This document shows, one piece after another, positions 54,334 through 64,000 of a stretch of DNA of 64,000 nt; the first letter of the stretch is position 1, and each line of letters opens with the position of its first letter. The DNA comes from Octopus vulgaris. Lineage: Eukaryota. Where the stretch lies: positions 113,398,001-113,462,000 of the forward strand of contig OX597820.1 of NCBI GenBank assembly GCA_951406725.2, in the 5' to 3' direction. Both the position numbers and the translations under genes were made by a program. A model generated the notes under the pieces. The model made no database searches, had not been told where the DNA came from, and was given only the letters and a program-made list of their open reading frames with translations.

Positions 54334-56766
54334 ATTTTCGTCTTCGATCTCATTGTTGTTTACATGAGACGTTCTTGTAACGAATCAGTGCTGGCTATAA
54401 TTCCTATAGAAAACCGATACCAATGACCTTAACAAATTACATTTTGTCACGAATAGATCTCTTTGGAATTATACAGGTTTGTGTGAGTTCAATAAGAGTA
54501 ATATGACAAAGCATCGAACTCTTCATTTGCACCTGAACTCAATTGTTTAACTCTGCATTTAGCAGAGTTATGAATCGAAAATTATCCTCTATCTCTTTTT
54601 GTTCACTCCTTAATTAGCATTGGGAACCGTTTCTACCTCATACGAATAGGTCAATTTTGTTTAGTTTGTAAGTAAAAAAAACAGCTGATCTTTGATGTTT
54701 TTTCCCTTCACACAGTTGTCCAGTATTGTTGCTGTTAGCGTCTCATACCAACATAACTCTTCTTGCTGAGTGGCCTGGCAAACTGTCGAAGTAGGCTTTA
54801 AACTCCACCGTCCGTTTCCAATGTCAACCACTCCATGCAAACAATTTCAGAAATTACCACTGTGAAAACGAATATATCTATTCCATTTCGAAAACACGAT
54901 CTCACTTTGTCCCGTCAAAACTCTCTGGTGTCTTGCCGATTCATTCTGAGATATGAACTGCAGTGACTTTGGAATATCCAACCACTTGCACGATAATTCA
55001 ATGAGCTCGATTGATTGAGCTGGTACTAACGAATATTTATTTACAAATTATTGTAGCCAGAAGACCACAAACTCCATGTTTAGCGTCATACAAATAACAG
55101 TGATGGTTTCTAACCGAGATACGATCCCGCACTTAATTTTATTTATTTTTATCTTTAAACGAAGGGGTAGAGAGGATAGTGGGGGTATTGTCAATCAAAT
55201 CAACCTCTGTAGATGACAGGTACTTACTTTATCGATCTCAGAAGTAAGAGAAGTAAAGTCATCAGAAGACAATTCTCTAACACTCTACCTATTCTGTTAA
55301 CAAACACAAAAAATAAACGTTACAAAATATATAAAGACCACAACGACAATAACAGCGATACGTTGAATACAATTCTACTGCCGTTCCTCAATGCATATGT
55401 CTGACGCTTCTGACGACGAATGATCGGCCAAGCTTATGAAAGAAAAGGAAACAAAAAGAAGAACAAAACAAAAACATAGCTAACTTGTTGAACATTTAAT
55501 AATGGACCATACACTAGCGGATATAGGGGCTGAAGTAAGATGGAGGTGTTTTCAATTATCTTCATAGAAAATGTAGTCCTATTGTGATGATGATTGCTTC
55601 TAACCTGCAGCTGATTGGAGAATCATATTGATGACTGAGTGGGAAGAAAGAAGCAAAAAAGAAATGACAGACTGTGCGAAGGAGGAGGGAAGATGTGGGC
55701 AGGAAAAAAACAAAATAAGATGAGAAGGATGTGTACTAAAGAGTAAGTACTTAACACATATAATAAGCATATATATATGTGTGTGTGTGTATGTATGTGT
55801 GTGTGTATATGTATGTATATGCATGTATATGTATGTATGTCTTCATATAATGTTTATATTCGTATATATACATGTATATGTATATTTATATATGTACTTG
55901 TGTATGTATATATATATATACCTATATATATACACATATATAATACATTATACCTATATATATAATACATATATACCTATATATACCTAGATATACCTAG
56001 ATACATATATATATATATACATACATACATATGTACATATATACATACATGCACACACACACACACATACATACATACATACATACATACATACATACAT
56101 ACATACATACATACATACATACATACAAGGGAGTGGACAAACGAAAGATATAGCACCCAAGCGACTGGTGGAGTTGGAATTATATGTATTAAATAGCAGT
56201 TTGAGTCAACTCCACATTTCTTAAAGATTCTTCGGCATAGAATACGACCACATCATCTGAGGCAAAGTAGAGAGATTTTAAAAGAAATTCAGGCACGCAC
56301 AAACATACACATACACAGGCAGACACGCATACACACACATGTATATACCTATGTGTATACATTAATATAGACTTGTGTACTCAAGGATACGCATATACAC
56401 ACATACTTAAGCCAAACGAATGCGATATATAAAAAATAATACAAATAAGTTATTTGTACTTTTACATTGCATTTCAAAACCTCGGGTTGGGAGACCTGTC
56501 GCAGAAAAACTTCAGAGATATGGCGTTGATATATATAGATCGTTAGACACTACACACATTTTTTTCTCTCCTTGTATATCTCCTCATCTTTTTCTCTCCT
56601 TTTTTTCTCTCCTTGTTTCTTTCCTTGTTTTTTCTGTGTCCTTTTCTGTAGAAGAGCGTAGGCTCGAAACGTAAAAGACGTTTTCTATTCCTGAGCGTTA
56701 TACTAATACATCTGTTTGTTTTGCACACCACCTGTCTTCGTCTTTTATTTTTTTCGTAAACTCTCC

Positions 56767-56844
<78 letters not shown>

Positions 56845-56976
56845 TTTGTTTACAGGAAACGTTTTGAATATTCAAATAAAACTCCAATTTTGGCCACAGT
56901 CTAATAATGCTCACTTGGGAACCAGTTCTTTGCGGTTGCATCGAGTTGTAATGATATAATATGGGGTGAATATAGT

Positions 56977-57381
56977 AATTATAACAATAATCCTTACATG
57001 AAATTTATAAACATTTAATGCATCGCTACGCGCGTTTCCACAGATCTCTTGAGATCACAGTCTGTATTCCTGGGATGATTACAGTGTAGTTCGTAGTATA
57101 CGTGGACATCGGTTTGATCATCTTCATGGATTCATTTCTTCAGTCGATGTAACATTGACCACTGGTCAAAAGGAATAAACATCCCTCTGTTAAACATCCA
57201 TTAATGTTATGTCGCTTGAAGAAATAAATCGATGAATATGATCAACCCGATGCCCACTGATACTACGAACCACACTAATCATCCCAAGAATACAGACTGT
57301 GATCTTAAGAGATTTGTGGAAACGCGCGTAGCGATGCATTAATCGTTTATAAATGCCATCCAAGGATTATTGTTATTATTA
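56977..57381. repeat. Diverged palindrome of about 400 bp with one long-stem-II HHR per arm
   Basis: Minus HHR at 57021-57149 (CTGAAGA...GAAA cgcgc GTA gcgatg); plus HHR at 57211-57335 (TTGAAGA...GAAA cgcgc GTA gcgat). Confidence 0.85.
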
Positions 57382-57382
57382 C

Positions 57383-57480
<98 letters not shown>

Positions 57481-57528
57481 CACATTCATATTTATGTATG
57501 TATAACGACTCCGAAAAACGACTAATAC

Positions 57529-57593
<65 letters not shown>

Positions 57594-57629
57594 CATCTTA
57601 ATGTGTTATATATATATATAATGAACTTC

Positions 57630-58080
57630 ATTCGGTTGTAAGAGCTTGACACCAAAGCCTCATATACGATCCCTTCAACCTCGCATCCTCGCCTCCCAGA
57701 CAGACCCTTAAGTTGTGTCTATTGAACAAATGCCTGTACCTGTGTGTCTGCGTGAAGCGTTTGTCTACTAACCTTAGGAGTATCCTTACCACACAAGTTT
57801 TAACGTTGAGGGTGAAGAGTGGAGTAAGGCAATCGACCTTCCAGTGGTGTCTCCTTTTGCGGGTACTAGGGCCCGGCAAATAGGAGATGCCTTCCTTAAA
57901 CTCATTGGCTCCAGTGCTTCGGTGTAATAGGGAGCCACGGCGTCGAAAAGTTTTTGATACGAAGACAGTTTCGAGATCTGGTTGCTGAGACCCTTCACTG
58001 AGTTCCTGAACACGATAGGTGGGTGGCAGGAAGCTGTGTTGATGTAGGGCAGCTTCTCGTTTGGGTTGCGATAGGGCTCC
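57630..58080 (-). mobile_element. Penelope-like RT C-terminal remnant
   Basis: PYRNPNEKLPYINTASCHPP, APYYTEAL and FTLNVKT motifs. Confidence 0.7.
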
Positions 58081-58340
58081 AGTTTGAAGAGTGGTTATAT
58101 GTTTGCGGTCGTCTATAAGGCTAACTGCTTTATGGATGCAAAGCTATTAATCACTCACTCTAATACCAGCCATATAATTGACCTCTCAGTCACTAGTTAA
58201 GTGCTTGCCCGTGGCTAAAAGTTGTTTTGACTCTTATTTCATGCAATGCTAATGCTGATTTGCGCCCTTAGTCACACTTTAGGGACGTTTGTACTCATGC
58301 CTTTTTGGTTTTGAATTGCGGATAGCCACCTTAACAGTTC

Positions 58341-58379
<39 letters not shown>

Positions 58380-59479
58380 CAATGGCTAGCACTCGTATCA
58401 CCACCTTTAAACAGAATGCTTCCGTACTAAACAGTCTTTCGCCCCACTCACCTCTACCCTGTGACCGTTTAACCGAAACCCTGCCACATTTTAATTTTAA
58501 ATTTTAGTCATGTGATCTTTTGAAGAATAAATAATTTGTCTCATAGAGACTAGCTATTAATCCTTTAAAATTTTATTTTGACATAAGTTGTGATATCTGT
58601 TCATCACTTCATTTCTATGTTAAACGTTGCTTAACACACCTTCGAATGTATTTAACAAAACTTAATCCAAAAATTAACTCATATTAATCCATTAGCCATT
58701 TTACGTCATGGTATTTGAAAGATAACGTATCTAGTCTTAATGATACAATATCTTTTTGTGTTCTTCCTAATAGTTGAAAATAATTGCTGCAGAATTCCCA
58801 CTTCTCAAATATTCTTATATTTACTCCCCATCTGCTACATCTTTTTTTTTTGTATTTTTGTAACCACAATTTAACATCCTGAATAGAGTTGGTTACATTA
58901 TTTAACGTATTTCCATAACTATGAGCTCCCATAACTTCTTTATAGACTGTTCTAACACACAGTGGAACCATAGCTTACGTTAGCCATTGAAGAAATTATT
59001 CAATGAATAAATTATTTAATGCTTCTTATGGAATGCCAAATTACCACATACTTCTCTTTTCCGGTATCAAGGAACCGCTTACTATTTACATATATTAATA
59101 ACTTGCTGATTTCATATTAACTAGAAAACAACATTTACCATCAAGCTGCTTACTTTAATACCATATTTCAATTAGATAACATGTTTCAAGGTCTTATGTC
59201 TTTATGACTTTCTTCCACGGTTCTCGACATATTTTCTGGAAATATATGCTGTCTGATCGATATTCCAAGATGCATCTAAGGAATATATTAAGGCCTAATG
59301 ATAATTATAGCTTCCACATTGGCACAAGACCAGATATTTATTGAGAAAATAGTTATTATCGACTGAAGTTACACTACTTCGTTAGTGGTACGTATTCGAC
59401 CGACCTTCGTCAGGTGTAAAGTGAGACGAATCCTAACGCAAAAGTACATAGTTGCCTCAAGACCTTTATGTTGATAATA

Positions 59480-59652
<173 letters not shown>

Positions 59653-60250
59653 TTCATTTATTTACGACAAGAGTGGAGGATGAGGAGGGACAATACAAAG
59701 ACAGACATAAAGTGTGGTTGTATGTCCTGATGTAGTACGAGGCAGTGGCTCTCATGTCTTATCACATATATTGTTTTGTCTTGGTATAAAAGATGGGTTA
59801 CAACAAATATTCTACTCAATACCACAGATTTGCTTGCCAGTTGTTTGACCTTAACGAGTTGAGCATGTTCTGTGGTAGCTGACGATATGTGCATTGGGGG
59901 AGCATCATAGTCATGTTTTGAGAGGGATTTGGTGGGGGTTTGAATAATTCACCTCTAGAAACACGGGCATTTCATTCATCATCCTTAAACAAACCTTATT
60001 CAGGGGCCTTCTGAGTGACATGGGCTGCTCCACCTGAAGAAAATTCTAACTGAGCACCAACAGCAAGTTCATGTACTGTTTATCTTGATATGAGATCACC
60101 ATGTCGCATACATATTGTTGTGATACAAGTGCCTAGTGTACCCTTATCAAATAAATAGTCATGATGGGTATAGTGGGCTTCGTATATTTCTACCCCAGTA
60201 TCACTTAGATGGCATGCACTGCACTCCCAATAATAATAATAATAATAATG

Positions 60251-60309
<59 letters not shown>

Positions 60310-60310
<1 letters not shown>

Positions 60311-60765
60311 CTCCTTGTCAGTGTCAATACTTGTCAGGAAAAGAAATGGAGAACTTAAGAATGAATGGAAATTCGAAAAAGTTAGGAAGAAGTATGGAGT
60401 AGATACAAAAGGCCTGAATGTTGTAATTGAAGAACTGAAGCAGTGAATACATGCAAAATAAACAAAGCTGACCAGGTTGGAACAACGGATTAAGCAATAC
60501 CAGTAAAACAAATTGTTTAGAACCGACCAAAAATGATTTTATCAAGAGATTAATGACGACAAAAACGTGAAAGATTAGTCCCTGATGCTGATGAAAGTCG
60601 ACTTTTGGGGGATAAGATATGGAGTAAGCAAGAAGCACATAATACAGCAGCTGAATGACTCTGCATCCTGAAGCTTACAGCTTCTTATCCCCAGAAAGAG
60701 GCTATCCACTTCACAGAAGACAGTATCAGAAGTATGAGTAAAAAGAGAAGCAACTGGAAAGCAGC
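60310..60765 (+). mobile_element. R4/Dong fragment (pre-RT region) after (TAA)n
   Basis: Manual translation VIEELKQ*IHAK..RIKQYQ*NKLFRTDQK*FYQEI..SNWKA; homologous to about 11350-11650. Confidence 0.65.
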
Positions 60766-60998
60766 AGTACTTTATTGGTATTAAATTTTATCGATGCCAG
60801 GTAAAATTGGCTTCGGCAGTATTTCAGCTCAGAAAGTAAAGGGTTGGAAGAAATGTTGCTAAGCTTTTTGTCCAACGCACTAAGGGTTCTGCTAGCTCAC
60901 CGCCTTTAGAACGCGAAATAATTATACAAATTATACATAGATTATAGTTTGTATAATTTAATGTACAAATTATAATAGATCTGTAAACTAAATATATA

Positions 60999-61195
60999 GT
61001 GTGAAGGCGTGTGGCTCAGTGGTTAGGGTATTCGGTTCACGATCGTAAGGTCATGAGTTCAATTCCCGGCGACGCCTTTTGTCCTTGAGCAAGATACTTT
61101 ATTTCACATTACTCCAGTACACTCAGCTGGCAAAAATGAGTAGTACCTGCATTTCAAAAGGCCAGCCTTGTTACAATCTGTGTCGTGCTGAATCA
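60999..61195 (+). mobile_element. SINE family D-like
   Basis: A box tggctcagtgg, B box gagttcaattcc, then tccttgagcaagatact. Confidence 0.8.
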
Positions 61196-61673
61196 CGCTG
61201 TGAACTGCGTTAAGAGTACAGGTGACCCGCAATCGCTCTCCAGCGAAGACCACCTAAAGTTAAAAAGAACAAAATATACCACTACAAACTATAAAAAAGT
61301 TCATATGCAAACCACATCCACAGATCGCCTACACAATTAAATAAAGATGACAAAAAGGACAAACTGTATGAATACCAGGAGCATAGTTGTTACGGAAGCA
61401 AGTTTGACCTCCTGCAGTCGCTGATCTTACATGGAAAGGCCATCTCGAAATAACCAGACACATCTGTACAACACTTACAACTACAACTCTCACGATAAAA
61501 ATAACACCAACAATAGCAACACTCGCAAAAACAGCAACATCATGAATCTTCACCGCAAAGAAACTAGTTTCTCGATTACAAAAATAAGAATGAAAATGTA
61601 AGAAGACAAATAACATTGTTTCCTTCAAATTTTGGAACCACAGTGTATATATATGTGTGTGTATGTACATGTA

Positions 61674-61706
<33 letters not shown>

Positions 61707-61876
61707 CACGTGACCGACCAGACAATCAGATGTTACTACACATCACTGGTCACAATGCGTTCGCATTGTTTTAGCCTTCGAATGACGCCACCCCGCTGGC
61801 TAAGCGAGCAGGCCAATATATATATGTATATATATATATATATATATATAAAAAATACAGAGAAGAGAGAGAAAAT

Positions 61877-61974
<98 letters not shown>

Positions 61975-62531
61975 TACATTACACACACACACACACATAC
62001 AAACATACAAACAAACCCATACATACATATTTATGTATGTATATATATCTTTATACACATAATGATGCATATATGTGTGTCTGTTTCCTGAAACAGAGGC
62101 AGCATTCGAAAGAGAGAGAGAGAGAGAGAGGGGGAAGGACAGAGAGAGATGTAGAAAGGGCAGGACTAAATACTAAATGTCTGCAAGACTTTCCAGACAA
62201 TCAACAAAAGTTTTCTCTCACAATGGAATTTCTTTGGAATAGTAAATCAGCATGAAGTGAAGTCCAACAAAAGACATGAACTCTTCGCACACGCACACAC
62301 ACACACACACACATATAAGCACATATAAGCTCATAGAAAGCACACTACTAGACATGAACACCCCATACGCATACTCACACACATCTCACACATTCCCATT
62401 TGCACAACCATACATAACAATGTATAGACACATTCGCCGTTAACACAGCGTCAGACTCACGAAATATACACACAAATACATACTCACACACGCACGCAGA
62501 TAAATCTGTACATGTATGTGCGCTTCTATGC

Positions 62532-63465
<934 letters not shown>

Positions 63466-64000
63466 CAGCAGCAACAATAAAAGTAACTTCTATATTTTTG
63501 CTACACATTACAAAGATTGTGTAGATTTGCAGAATCGAGTATGTTAAAAACAGCTACGAAAAACAACAACATAAACACAAAAGGAAGGAAAACGCATCGC
63601 ACTATGGCGACAACACCGTAGCTGACATTTAGCTCGAATGCAATGTATTTTCACCTGACTAAGTTCCCAGCCTTTTTGATGCATACTAATTGGAGGTGCA
63701 ATATTTTGTGTTATATCAGTGCTTCACCGAATTTCCGGCACCATTAATTCTAATGATTTATTAGATTTACCGTTTTGCCGAACCAGAAGCAGTCTTTTCC
63801 CTCAAAATGAACGTTATAAAATGCTGGAAACTTAAATTAGATCAATTTATTAATTCAATTAAGTAATTAAATGAAATATAAGATAGTTGTACATGAGTAT
63901 AAATGACAGACGTTTACTAACACAAAGTACTATACTGTGAAATGCAGTGTATTGTACTAGGCACTTTACTATGCAAAATATTCAAATGTATAAGGTACTC

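Overview
Eukaryotic, AT-rich, microsatellite-saturated non-coding DNA with no convincing host exon. The SINE families and repeat landscape look like an octopus or other coleoid cephalopod genome (inference). Most ORF-track calls are microsatellite read-throughs. The real coding remnants are all mobile elements: a young CR1-group LINE RT (25.8-27.3 kb), a young RTE LINE 3' end (30.0-30.9 kb), decayed R4/Dong LINE pieces, a mariner transposase, an Ingi/Vingi-like remnant and three Penelope-like (PLE) fragments. There are also at least four tRNA-derived SINE families, MITEs and Helitron ends. The main result is a dense set of about a dozen type I hammerhead-ribozyme (HHR) motifs read directly from the sequence. 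They lie in short non-coding elements with a recurring design: a fold-back inverted arm plus a terminally redundant unit of about 335-565 bp, or a head-to-head palindrome with one HHR per strand. This resembles a diverse population of retrozyme-like, non-autonomous PLE RNAs. A second pattern is a SINE whose TSDs start with GRTAY and which appears to re-insert into its own internal GGTAT site. All coordinates and base-pairings were read by eye; no folding or database search was run.
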